Positions 26,466 to 38,774 of a stretch of 64,000 bases of DNA are shown piece by piece (the stretch's first letter is position 1; each line of letters starts with the position of its first letter). Origin of the DNA: Glaucostegus cemiculus (Eukaryota); assembly GCA_976551045.1 (NCBI GenBank), contig CDPCPM010000137.1:1302001-1366000 (forward strand). The letters run 5' to 3'. The position numbers and the translations under genes were made by a program. The notes beneath the pieces are model-generated. The model searched no databases. It saw only the letters and a list, made by a program, of their open reading frames with translations, and was not told the DNA's origin.

Positions 26466-26945
26466 ATCCTTGGAGAGAATATGAAATTGGAATGCAAATG
26501 CCATGGGGTGTCTGGATCTTGCACCACTAAAACATGTTGGACAATGCTTCCCAAGTTCAGAGAACTGGGCTACATATTGAAAGAGAAGTACAATGAAGCA
26601 GTTCAGGTTGAACCAGTAAGGACGCACCGAAACAAGCGGCCAGTCTTCTTGAAGATTAAAAAGCCACTTTCATATCGGAAACCTATGGTTACAGACTTGG
26701 TGTATATTGAGAAATCTCCTAACTACTGCGAAGAAGATCCAATCACTGGAAGTGTTGGCACACAAGGGAGAATGTGTAACAAGACATCTTCGCAAAATAA
26801 CAGTTGCGACTTGATGTGCTGTGGACGAGGATACAATACTCATCAGTATTCCAGAGTCTGGCAGTGCAATTGCAAATTCCACTGGTGCTGCTATGTTAAA
26901 TGCAACACCTGCAGTGAAAGAACAGAAGTTTATACATGTAAATGA
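26466..26945 (+). CDS. WNT7A: Wnt7a coding exon 4 (to stop)
   Basis: Acceptor ccttcattccag|; [19 protein letters not shown] (lipidated Ser206 at 26511-26513)...[19 protein letters not shown]...[14 protein letters not shown]; 480 nt. Exons total 1050 nt = 349 aa plus stop. [14 protein letters not shown] and IKQNARTL match Wnt7a rather than Wnt7b. Confidence 0.98.
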   Translation: MLGENMKLECKCHGVSGSCTTKTCWTMLPKFRELGYILKEKYNEAVQVEPVRTHRNKRPVFLKIKKPLSYRKPMVTDLVYIEKSPNYCEEDPITGSVGTQGRMCNKTSSQNNSCDLMCCGRGYNTHQYSRVWQCNCKFHWCCYVKCNTCSERTEVYTCK

Positions 26946-27590
26946 AATTGAATCTTTTATAGGGAGGAGAGTCATACCTCCAAAGGAAATACTCCTACAT
27001 TTGCACATCATCTCAACCTAGTGGCTGTGAGTTTGCAAATATTGTCTCGCTCTCTTATAGAATGCAAAATGCTTGAGGATCCCTGTCCAGTAATATTGCC
27101 AGATTCATAAGCCTATCTGGATTACAAGGGGATAAAGCACCTATTACCATCTCCATAAATATTTCAGACAGAATTTAAATACTTAAAAACCTATTTCAAT
27201 TAGTCCATTGAAATGAATCCAGATCCGAAAAGAAAATGGCACAAAGTTAAGAGCCACAGTGAAACCAGCAGTAGCTTGGCTTCAACATAAACCTTTAAAA
27301 TATGGACGATAAATAGGACACAGTTGACAATGCCCCTGTGAGAACTTCTGCTGAGAGTGTGGATTATGCAGATTTAGGTTTCTGCATTTGTGAAAAGCTT
27401 CTGCTTGTTTTGCCTGTCTGGATCTCACAGGATTGGCTTCAGCAAGTATTACTGTTTTCAGTTTCCCATAGACACCGACTTATCAGCTTTTTTCTTTTCT
27501 GTCACATTTTTTCACAGCCATTAAGAACACCATGGTGGACTGAGGGTGGGGTGGGGGTAGGGTGACTTGGACAGAATGACCGACTACACC

Positions 27591-27600
27591 ATTAAATAAA
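27591..27600 (+). terminator. Candidate Wnt7a polyadenylation signal (overlapping ATTAAA/AATAAA)
   Basis: attaaataaa about 650 nt after the stop. The UTR may be longer: AU-rich blocks at 27648-27665 and 28061-28110, and another AATAAA at 29672-29677. Confidence 0.45.
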
Positions 27601-30600
27601 TAGTAATGACAATATTTAACAATATATATAGAGAAAAGAAAAACTAATATTAATTTATTTAAAAAGACAAAGAACTCTACTTAACTTGGGACATTTCTAC
27701 AAAGAAAGAGATTTACTCTTTTTGTGAAATAATTTCTTTAGATACAGCAAGAATTGGATTTGTTTGGCTGTATATATTAGATTTTTGCTCAGATATTTCT
27801 AATAGTTGTAACTGCAGGACCATTCTGCGTTCTGCACCATTGGTTTTTACTGACAGAAGCAGGCATCTTTTGTAAATCTGCTCTTTGGCTGCTAGTTGTC
27901 TGGAACATCAAACTGGAAGTGATCATTTTAAACTCCTACAAACAAAAACTTGATTATTTTCCACTTTGAAACGTCAACTAATTATAAACCATTTGAACTA
28001 AAGCAAATTTGATACTCCAGACAAACCCCATCTTATGGAAAAAGGAACCATAGGTTAAAAGAATATATTTTGTAAAAGACTATTTTTATATGAATATTTT
28101 ATTTATACTGTTTCTGCTTGTATAACTCCTATAACCAGTACTTTTCTTAAAACATGCATAAAAGCTGTGATTGTTTGTAATAGATCTGAGATAATTTAAC
28201 AGCATTAAGACCGATTAGTTTAGGGACAGAACAGCAGCTGGCTGGAGAAATTCAGATTCAAATGGTAGATGCATCAAAATGCACAAACAAAATTTCTTGG
28301 GTTAGCTCTGTCGGGATGTGTGTGTACAAACTGGCTCATTATTGCATTTCAAACTGCAGAATATGCAGAACAAGAACAGGGTATGTAGCATCAATTTTGT
28401 TAGTTGGCTTGAATTCATGATTGGTATTAACTGGATACTCATTTATCCCTTTCAGAAAAAAAAATTGAAATTGCTTCCCGCATGCGTCAGTCATTAAAAT
28501 GTGGGGTTATGACTAGCAAATGTGCTGTGTGTGCTTTGAGATAAAGCTCCATATTGTGGAAGTGTCAGATTGATTTTGTCATTAGCAAGCTTCAGACTGT
28601 GACTGTACAAACTAGAACTATACACAATGTCTGATTCACACAGATGACAGACAGAGCTGTTATCTATAACAACAATGAAAAGTGGTCTATTTCTTTCATA
28701 AAGAATGCTGAGAGTTCAAGAAGGTTTCATTACCAAGAATACACTCAATGTTTGTAGTACTTTACAACACAGGTAAATATTGTATATTTTTTCAAGCGCA
28801 CCACAGCTAATTTGTCATTAAACTTTAAAACTAAATTATATTTGACCTAAAGTACATAAAAGTTGCTGCATTTTCTGCAGCTCAGAAACATAGAACACAA
28901 TCCCATCAGATTTTGTAAAATGTTCACTTTTCTCAAACAATTCATGTGCCTGCCTCAAAAATATTTGCAAGGTTTTTTGATGTCCAATTTTTAGATTGTT
29001 TCCTGGGGAACATATTTTAAGTATACTTAATTATCTTACTACAACTGAACATTCAATTTTGATATTTTACCTGTTGTTGAAAAGGGAAATGCAATATCTT
29101 TGCACATCTTTGAAAAATTAATAATTACAAAATAATTCTCAAATGTGTAATCCTGTTGACCAGAAAAGGATAAGGAATACACATGGCAGTCTGATAAAAT
29201 ATAATCTATCCTTGTTTTGACCCTAATATTCAGCCTGCCTGTTAGGAGTTCTTATATAGACCTCCATGTGGCTCCCAAACCCCAGTGATGTTTATTATAC
29301 CATTTGATAATCTTATCAGAACCCACGGAGTTCCTTTGTTATGAATGATTGTCAGATACTGAAGTGCTGCTTTATTAACTACTTTATATAGTTTCAATTC
29401 TGCAGCATTTAAACTTTTTGTAACCCTGTTTGCATGGCAAAGAAAGTTATCCAATGTCAAAAATATTTCCAGACATTAAATAATAAGTGTAAGTTGGACA
29501 TGAGGAAGTAGGAAAGATAATAGGTTTTTGCAAATTATACTTCCCTTTCTCCTCTGGTCCATTTACGCATGAATCATTATCATTGCTTTCCGTAAAAAAG
29601 GTATCTGCATGTTTTAAATCCCAGATCAATCCAAGCCTTTCAACTTATTCTCTAGGTCAGTTGTATTCGCAAATAAAACTAACAAAAACATCATAGCATT
29701 AAATTCATATCTCTTTGTAGATGAAATTTAAAGTACTTCCTGTTCTACTGTTATAAAGATCCTGAAGGTATACAACATGCTTACTTAAGAAAGAGATGAT
29801 TGGAGTGCTAAATCTAAGAAGGCAAATGTGAATGATAGCTGGCAAATGGTCAGTGTTTCATTAGTTTAAGTTCATCAACCAAGGGCCTATGAAGATGAAC
29901 TGATAAATTATCCACAGTAATATTGTAATGTCTGACCATTTAATAACAGGATGAAAGAAGGCTTTGCTAACAGTTTATGGTGATAATTATGCAGCTGAAA
30001 CTGTCATTCTGATGACTTGCTTGGACAGGAGGAGTGGTAACAACTTAGTGATAGATTGTTTTTGCACAAGACTGCCACAGTGACATCTGTTTTATTCAAA
30101 GTTACACACAAGTTGCTACAACAACGCCAGATTGCTTTGGAGAATGCTGTATAGTTGCTGAGAGAATCTTGACTACCCATTACTGAAATGTTAACTATGC
30201 AAAACTAAATAACATTGGTAACCCTTTGACTGAAAGTCAAAAGTAATGTCGTGATTAATATGGGGGGAGGAAGGAAAGCAGAAGTTTATACAGCTGATGA
30301 TAGTCATTTCTCTAAAAAATGCACAGGGCTGAAGGAATTCTGAAACCACTCAATTCGCATTTATAATACATATACTAAAAACCAAACCATATAGATCATT
30401 GACCGACAAAAAGCAGAGCTTCAGAGTTTTGAGGCCTTGGCCAAATGATCTCACATTTGCATATTTCTGTCATAAATTTGATGTAATATATTGCAGGATG
30501 CTTTTAGTCCTTAAATTTGTCACTCCATCTATTTTCTGAGGGAGACATTAGCACTTCAATTGAAATTTTACAGACCACATTCTCAAAATTTTCAGAGTTA

Positions 30601-30868
30601 CACGTATTATACGAACTACTGGAAATGGTTGAATCCAGAACCCAAACCATTTTTCATATTCCAATTGAAGTCAGCAATCTTTAACAGATAGACATTTTCA
30701 TGTGGGAAAACAAGTTATATTAAAATATAGTTTAAGCAAATTATCTGAATCCACAATTTCCATAGCTATTTACAATCTGCATTATCTTTGTTTTTAGATT
30801 CATTTACATTTTGTTGCTTCAAAAGCCCACCATATTCTCTAATCAAAGGCAATGTACTCTGTCTTGAG

Positions 30869-31346
30869 AGAACATAAGAAATAGGAGCAGGAGTAGGTCA
30901 TCTGGCCCGTCGAGCCTGCTCTGCCATTCAATAAGAATATGGGTGATCTAGTCGTGGACTCAGTTCCACCTACCTGCCTTTTCCCCGTGACCCTTAATTT
31001 CCCTACTATCTAATATATTGTGTATTAAATATATTTAATGTGGTAGCCTCTCCTCTTCCTTGGGCAAAGAATTCCACAGATTCACTACTTTCTGAGAAAA
31101 GCTGTTCCTCCTCATCTCTGTCCTAAATCTACTTCCCCAAATCTTGAGGCTATGTCCCTTAGTTCTAGTCTCACCTACCAGTGGAAACAACTTTCCTGCC
31201 TCTATCTTATCTATCCCTCTCATAATTTTATATGTTTCTATAAAATCCCTCTCGTTCTTCTGAATTCCAGCGACTATAGTCCCAGATGACTCAATCTCTC
31301 CTCATAGGCTAACCCCCTCATCTCTGGAATCAACTAGGTGAACCTC
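30869..31346 (-). mobile_element. CR1 LINE 3' end
   Basis: Minus ORF 31035-31223 (GIDKIEAGKLFPLVGETRTKGHSLKI..FRTEMRRNSFSQKVVNLWNSLP); starts gaacataagaaataggagcaggagtagg. Confidence 0.92.
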
Positions 31347-32699
31347 CAAAGAGCTTTTTGGTCAATTATAAGCACTTTGAAATTATTCATTTGAGAGAAA
31401 GTGAAAAGTAGATTTTTTTAGACATTTCTCCTCTTAATTATTTTTTTCAAAACTGACTTGTTAATCATTTGTTTTTTGACAATATAAACTATCAGTACCA
31501 TGCACATTGCTGTCACTTTATTGACCCACTGGAGGAGTATGTTGTATCCCATCCCATTTCATCTTCTCTGGAGAAGACCATCCTGAACTGCAGAATATTT
31601 TTTCCAAAAAGAACCTAAACACAACTTCTGTCCAAAAATTTAGCTTCCTGATGAAACATCTCACAGCATTAAAATTACATTAGTCTGAATATAAAACTTT
31701 GAAAAACTACTCATACAAGCAAACTAATTAAATTGAATAATCTATAACAATTTGATTAGATGTTATTTTAGCAGAAATAATAAGCAAAAAGGGATTTTGT
31801 TTATAAAGACGTGTTAGTAATTGAAAAGAAAATAGCAGGCAAGTCGCACTTTTTTACCAGATCACTTCAAATATGCACCATTCAAGCCCAATGCTCCAAT
31901 TAACATCACATTAACCATATAAATGAGCAGTAAAATATTCTGAAATAATTGAAATTGAAACCATGAAAATGAATTACAAATTTAAAATGGTAAATTGAAT
32001 TGTATTAGTTATGTGCATAATAGTGCATATATTTAGGTAAAGAATGGAGTATAATTTCACTGTCATTTGTCCTAAAAGCCTGCTTCTTATTCCACCTATT
32101 TGCAAGTGAACAGCCAAACTATCCAGTCATTCTCTGACATGCCATCTATGTATTTGCAAAGAGATTTTTAATCAATGGCATGTTATCGACAAAAAAGTCA
32201 ACTTCAAGTTTGAGCATCTGATGGATGTAATCAATTTTACAAGTTTCACAACATTTCAATCACCTCTGCAGTGTTTATTGTCATTACTTTTCTAGCCAGA
32301 TTCAGAATGGTGCTAGGTAGGAGATAAGGAGATAATGAGAAAACCGCAGAGACCTTACTACAGTATATAAGGTATAGGTTCTGTTAGCTTACCTTTAATA
32401 TGTTCAAAATGTTTTAGTGCGACTTAATTGGTGCACTTTCTAGAAGAGAGGTATGCAGATGTTCCTCCTCTTATAAATAAGAAAATATAAAGTATTTTGT
32501 CCCTAGATATTCAATATTATGTAAATTTATGTTCACTTTTTTATGTTTATGTTGCTGCCTTTCCTGTGAATGCTATCACTGATGTTTCACTTCACAGGTA
32601 TTCACAGTACTCTGTGTGATTCTCCCATTTGCAAGAATAATCTTATATCAGTTGAATTAATCATGGCTAAGGGATATTTGTCAAATTCGCTTTTTATTA

Positions 32700-32970
32700 G
32701 TGCACTGGGTCAGCAGTTTGTTGGCTCCACTTCTACACTGCACAACAATCTATATGAAATCTCCAGTGTAGTACTGATAAGGTATTGCATTTTTGAAGGT
32801 GTCAGCTTTCAGTTCAGCTATTAATCCAATGTCCCTTCAGTTCTCTCAAGTGGATTCAAAAGATCAGATAAAGACTGTTCTGAAAAATAAAAGTGATTCT
32901 CCTGTATTCAGGTCAATGTTTATCCCTCAGCTAACACCACTCAAAGATACACCTTCTGATCATTATCACC
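32700..32970 (+). mobile_element. Deu-domain-like SINE (SacSINE1/AmnSINE1 superfamily)
   Basis: ctctcaagtggattcaaaagatc...ttctcctgtattcaggtcaatgtttatccctcagctaaca resembles the Deu core as I recall it (ctctcaggtggacgtaaaagatccc...gtcctggccaatatttatccctcaaccaaca). Confidence 0.55.
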
Positions 32971-33229
32971 AACACTACACTGAACACCATGGTGAAACAA
33001 AATAAAATGCTAGTTATTTTCTGCCTCATTATGAAGATCTTCTTGGCTTTTTATGATGAGCTTTATTTATATAATGAGTGTTTTAGTTAACAGTAAGTTT
33101 CAAGATATTTATGGAAAAGCATAAGGATGCACTGAAAACTGAGGTCCTCAGTTTGGTGATGGGGGAGGGGAAGGGAAAACAGATTTCAGTATCATAAGGC
33201 AGGACCTGGCAAAAGGTAGGTTGGGCCAC

Positions 33230-35250
33230 ATCCAACAAATCGGAGTCATCTCAAAATGAATTAATGTGAATTCAGAGTCAATGTATTCCCATAAGGCTGA
33301 ACGGCAAGGGCAAGGGACCCTGGATGTCAAGGAATATCAAGATTTGTATAAAAAAAAGGAAGCATATGGCAACTAAACAATGAACTAAAAACAACAACAA
33401 TAACAACAAACAAGAACTAAAAACAATGGAGGCAGGAATATAGAAAGAGTGGGAGTGGGGTGATAAAAAGTTTCTAATAAGCAATTAAAAGGGTAAATAG
33501 GGTACATGAAATATTACTGGCAGACAAGACTTAGGAAATCCCAAAGCAATTTATAAGTATATTAAGGGCAAGAGGATAACCAGCAAAAGATTGGGCCTAT
33601 TAGAGCAATCTGTGCATAGAGCAAGAGGATGTAGGTGAGATCTTAAATTAATACTTCTCATCTGATTTCACTCAGGAGAAGGACTCTGCAGCTGGAGAAC
33701 TCAGGGAAGGGCACAGTGAAATCCTAGAATAAATTACCATTAAAACAAAAAGTGTATTGGATGTCTTGGTGGTCTTAAACATGGATAAATCTCAAGGGCC
33801 TGAAGAGATGTCTCCGAGACTGATATGGGAGGCAAAAAAGGAGGCTGCTGAGGCCCTAACAGAGAATTTGAAATCTTCACAGCCACAGGTGAGGTGCCAG
33901 AGAATTGGAGGACAGCAAATGCAGTATCTTTATTCAACAAGACCAGCAAGAATAAGCCAGGTAATTACAGGCCGGTGAGTCCAACATCGGTGGTACAGAG
34001 ATAATTGGAAAAAAATTCTGAAGTACAGGATTAATGTACTGTGGGGAGGACAGATTAATCAAAGAAAGTCAGCTTGGTTTTGTTATGGGAACATGCTACC
34101 TGACCAATTTGACTGAATTTTTCAAAGAGGTAACAAAGTATACTGATGAGGCAAGTGCAGTTGATGTGGTCCACATGGACTTCAGTAAGGCTTTGATAAG
34201 TCTGGGTTGGCAATAGGAAGCAAAGGCTTTGGTAGAAAGTTATTTTTGTAATTGGAAGCCTGTGACCAGTCACATAGCACAACGATTGGTGCAGGGACAC
34301 TTACTGTTTGTGACATACATTAATGATTTGAAAGTAAATGTAGGAAGTACAATTAGTAACTTCACAGTGCCACAAAAATTAGTGGTGTTGTTGGATGAGA
34401 AGAGTGTAGGCAATATTGCTGAGTTGGTATGATAGGGAGAGCAATGGCAGATGGAATTTAATCCTAGTAAGTGTGAGGTGTTGCAGTTTGAGACTAGGAC
34501 ATACATAATGACTGGCTGGGTTCAAGGAAGTGTTGAGGAATGGAGGGACCTCAGTGTAAAAGAGCAAAAACCCCTGAACAATACACCAAGTGCTGGGGGA
34601 ACTCAGCAGGTTAGGCAGAATCTATGGAGAGGAATTTGACATTTCAGGTTGAGACTCAGCACAGGTAGATAATGTTTTTTTTAAAGAAGGCATAGGGGAT
34701 ACTTGCCTTCATTAGCCAAAGTCAGGAAGTTATGATACAACTGTTTAGAGCATTGGTTAGGCCACAGCTGGATTACTGTGTGCAGCTCTGGTCACGTACA
34801 AGACAGGCGTGATTGCATTGGAAAGAGTGCAGAGGAGATTCACCAGGATGTTGCCCAGGATGGAGTGTTTCAGATATGACCAAAGACTGGATAGTCTACT
34901 TTTCCTTGGAGTAGAGGAGATGCCTGATTAATGTATACAAAATTGAGGGACATAGAAACTACCAAAAATTTTTCCCCATAGCAGAGGTTTCTGAAACCAG
35001 GGGGCATACGCTTTAAGGGGTAGGAGATTTAGAGGTAATCTGAGGAAGAATTTTTTCACCCAGAGAGCTTGGACTCTGGAATGCACTGCCTAGGGAAGTG
35101 GCGGAGGCCGGGACTTTCACAATACTTAAGAAGCATCTGACGAACCCTTGATTCACCAAGGCAGAGAAACTTACAGGCCAAGTGCTGAAAAATAGTTGGC
35201 TGTGTTGTATGACTCCAGATGTCTTTACATGGATCTGTCCTTCCAATTAA
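33230..35250 (+). mobile_element. CR1 LINE ORF2 (RT and 3' end), decayed, with a small Penelope-type piece at ~34575-34655
   Basis: ORF fragments DKSQGPEEMSPRLIWEA, LIKESQLGFVMG..LTNLTEFFKEVT..VDVVHMDFSKA, LLFVTYINDL, MEFNPSKCEVLQF. Confidence 0.92.
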
Positions 35251-35994
35251 CTTCACCACAGACGACAGTCTCCTTTTCAAAGATTTTTACCCTTTAGAAA
35301 TTTAAAGCCCTTTGGGCTCAACTTCTATAGAGGTTCTCCCAGTTATCAGCAGTAATTCAGCAAAACATCTATGGAAAACTGAAAGTGGCAGCAGGTGATT
35401 GGGGAAAATCCTCAAAGAAACTTGTCAAATAAATCTAACTGATTAGAATGGGAGGTCTGAGGGAAGTCCCCTCATTACGTAGCTTATGCTTTTGGATATT
35501 CTCTCACAACGTAATGAACCAAGGTGGGGGTACCTTAGTACCAGGTATAGTGCACACAGTCGCAATTGAATAAATTTCAAAACCTACAAGTCACTGTTAA
35601 GTGAATGCACATCATAGTGGGTGACTAATAAATGAAGGTGACTAAAAGAAACCTGTCTTGCTCCGTCTTGAATACAGGGAGTGAAGTGATGCCAAAGACA
35701 AGTGCTATTTTAAAATTGTTTAATTATATTCTCCCCTTTTTTTAAATTATCCCTTTTCAGTTTATTTGCATCATCTATGTTTCTTCTGTTGTCGTCAACC
35801 TGAAACATTAATTTGATGTCTCTCCATGGATGCTATCTGACTTGCTGAGTGGTTCCAGCACTTTTGTTTTTATTGGTGAAGTTGTGATCCCTCTGTCCTT
35901 ACCCTTCAGGGTAGTATTAAAGAAGTCCTGACAAGTTGTTGTAGTTCATTTTGCAAAAGGTCCATACCACAGCTACTGTGCATTTTCCTATCTT

Positions 35995-36032
35995 CAGTTC
36001 TGAAGAAGGGTCCTGACCCGAAACATTGACCG
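35995..36032 (+). ncRNA. Minimal type I hammerhead ribozyme motif, copy A (degenerate)
   Basis: cagtt CTGAAGA a gggt-cctg-accc GAAA ca TT gaccg: core CUGANGA 36000-36006, stem II 36008-36019, GAAA 36020-36023, NUH-like site ending 36027. Confidence 0.6.
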
Positions 36033-36374
36033 CCTGCTTTTCTCCACGGATGTTGCCTGACCTGCTGAGTTCCTCCAGCATCATCATGTAACCCCACCCC
36101 CTTTCCCCACAAACCCCCCACCCCCATCATGCTTCTTCTCTTCTTCCCTTTCCCAGCCTCTTCTTTTTAAACCTTTTTTCCCCCTCTCTCTCATTACCTT
36201 TGACCCATCCCATAGTGGATCTGCTCTCCCCTCCTCCCCTGCACCTGCCTATCACTATCTCTTAACTGCATCTACCTATCACCACCCTGTGCCCACCCTG
36301 CCTCCCCCCTTTTGTCCATCTATTACTTCTCTGCTTTTCCCTCCTATATATTGGTCTTCCCCTTTTCCTATCTT

Positions 36375-36412
36375 CAGTCCTGAAGAAGGGTCCTGACCCA
36401 AAACATTGACCG
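36375..36412 (+). ncRNA. Minimal type I hammerhead ribozyme motif, copy B (GAAA mutated to AAAA)
   Basis: cagtc CTGAAGA a gggt-cctg-accc AAAA ca TT gaccg; stem I cagtc/gaccg has 4 of 5 pairs. Confidence 0.5.
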
Positions 36413-37163
36413 CCTGCTTTTCTCCATGGATGCTGCCCGGCCTGCTGAGTTCCTCCAGCATCATCGTGTTTCTCATCTATATTCCAGCATCTGCAGTCCT
36501 TTGTTTCTCACTGTGCATTGTCTACCTGAATCAGTGGTGAAGGAACGAGTGTTTGCTTAAGGTAGTGAATCATGTGCAAATCAATTGGTTTGCTCTGTCG
36601 CAGATTTTGAGCTTTTTGAGTATTGCTGGAATTGCACATCAAAGCAAGAAGAGTGTTCAATCACGGGATATCTCAGTGACAATATCCCACTTCATTATTT
36701 CCACAACCGTGAATTGACTGCTTTTGGATTGAAATCAAAAGATAATAAAGTTTATCAGGTTAACAAACGCAAATTCACCATAAATATGGCAGCAAATCTC
36801 AGAAGAAATTTTGAAAAATAATTGGATTGGAAGTCAGGAGGCACATCAGTTAAGACAGTGAAGCTTCCAACGTTGCAGCATCAAGATCACCTCTTTCATG
36901 CACTGCTGACATAAAAATTGATGCCTATCTAGAAAGGCCTATTCTGCCCACATGAGGATAAAAACTGAAGGACTGTGGTACCCAAACACAGTTACCTAGT
37001 TCCTGTTTCTAGCTGAGGCTTGTTTTAAGGAACTCATGAGAGTAGTGTATCCAACTTGCCAAAGTCTATGCATGGATTACTTACTCTGTCAAGGTGGGAG
37101 GGTAGCTATGGAGAACAGAACTACATTAAAGCTTGATCATTGATGATCATGAACATTGATTGA

Positions 37164-37861
37164 TGTGCATGAACATTGATTGATGTTTATGAACAGGAGA
37201 AGGAGTGACCTGGAAAGTTATCATAGTCTGTATCAAAAAATATTTTTCTTGAATAGGTCCAAAACTACCACACAAAAAGCAAATCAATGTGACCTGATAT
37301 ACTTCCATAAGTTTAGCAAAGAAAGAATTTTGAGAATAGTAATGAAGTGGACTATGATATTTTGTGCTTATTGGGTGTTCTGTAGGAGCTATAAAAACAT
37401 TAAAAGTATTGTTTCAAGTCTTCTCTGCTTTCACTGATAGCCTCTTCAGTTTTGGCAACGCAGTTAACAATCAAATACAATGAATAACACCATAAAAATA
37501 GATAATTCCTTCTGTCAGTAAATTGAAGCACACAGTTAAAACCATAATCTGTTCTACATGGTCCAGAGTAAAGTCCATTACGCATCTTGGTAAAGACAAA
37601 TAGGCAAGTAAGTCAGCAAAAACAAATCATGAAGGAAATGAAAAGGGATTGCTGATCACACACAAAAGAAGTATCCTTAGGGACAATTTGGACAGAATTT
37701 GCCTGAGTGCAATGGCTACACCAATACTAAAGTACTGGCAACAGTTTGTACTTCCCTCTAACATTCGGATTCATAGCCAAACTAATGTTGATCTGTGCAT
37801 GAACATTGATTGATGTTTATGAACAGGAGAAGGAGCGACCTGGAAAGTTATCATAGTCTGT
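37164..37861. repeat. 68-bp dispersed direct repeat (37164-37231 and 37794-37861), 1 mismatch
   Basis: tgtgcatgaacattgattgatgtttatgaacaggagaaggag[t/c]gacctggaaagttatcatagtctgt; offset 630. Confidence 0.95.
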
Positions 37862-38399
37862 CTCCAGGCAAACCTGCATCCATCACTTTGCCTTGTTTCC
37901 TTCCAAAAATATTGGAATTTTCATTGGGAAGTCTGTTATCCCAGAACTGGGGACATAGTTAAGAAAAAAGTACATAGCCAAAACTATAGAAGAATACTGA
38001 TTGATCCCTTATGTGATTACAGGAAAGAAAGAAAAAAGATAAATAAATAGCCGGAAAATGCTGATTCAATTTGCACTGTAGTGTACTCTATTTTGAATAG
38101 AGTAAATTGTACTCCAAGTACTTATTATCCATAGATGGATTTATAATTGAATGTTACATTAGTTTGAATGAAATCTAAAGGTTATCACCAATGTTTAATG
38201 TCAAAATAATTAACTACAGCTTATGGAGCTTCTTCTGGCACATGTCAAAAATTCATTTGTGAAATTATCATGTGGATATAAATATGGCATAACTGAGCTG
38301 TACCACTTTTTTTTTAAGATTACTTGATTCTTCTTTACAGTCAATAATCAAATCTGAGGATCTTTAATGAATCCAAACAGAGAGAGGAACAGTCATAGT

Positions 38400-38690
38400 T
38401 GTCACACTAATTGTATTCTTAGTGCTTTTAGACAGTAGAGTCCAAGTCCTAAAGCAGCTCAGAATGAGAGGTAGGCTACTTAAGGCTAAGATGTAGGGAA
38501 ATCTTTACCCCAGGTGTGGTAAATCTTTGGAATTCTCTCTCCATAGAGGGCTGTCAAAGCTCTGACATTGGATCCATTCAATCAGAGATTGATTAATAAT
38601 TGGAAGAATAACCACGGTCTTGATAACTAGAGGAGCAGGCTTGAAGGGCCAATTGTTTTACTCCTTCTCCTGTTTCTTGTTCTCTTCTTA
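38400..38690 (+). mobile_element. Decayed CR1 3' end
   Basis: gtggtaaatctttggaattctct (VVNLWNSL) and gagcaggcttgaagggcc..tactccttctcctgtttctt terminus. Confidence 0.7.
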
Positions 38691-38774
38691 CTACAACAGA
38701 CAATAGGAAATATATTAATCTGATGAAGCTGCAGAATGTAAAAATCGGTTCAATGAAAATGGTTCACAGTAAAG

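Larger units (their letters stand above)
35985..36509 (+). mobile_element. Penelope-type / retrozyme-like 525-bp insertion with two hammerhead-bearing direct repeats
   Basis: 10-bp TSD actgtgcatt at 35975-35984 and 36510-36519; ~100-bp direct repeats at 35985-36086 and 36365-36466 (offset 380); pyrimidine-rich spacer; inserted into an older antisense LINE remnant (~35880-36670). Confidence 0.75.

Noticed and set aside
26670-27021. Antisense and alternate-frame ORFs over Wnt7a exons (also 8024-8326, 10304-10600)
   Set aside because: Shadow ORFs of coding exons; no independent signals.
37136-37861. CRISPR-like array or LTR pair
   Set aside because: Only two long copies, no regular spacers, no cas genes, eukaryotic context; no LTR termini, PBS or PPT recognised.
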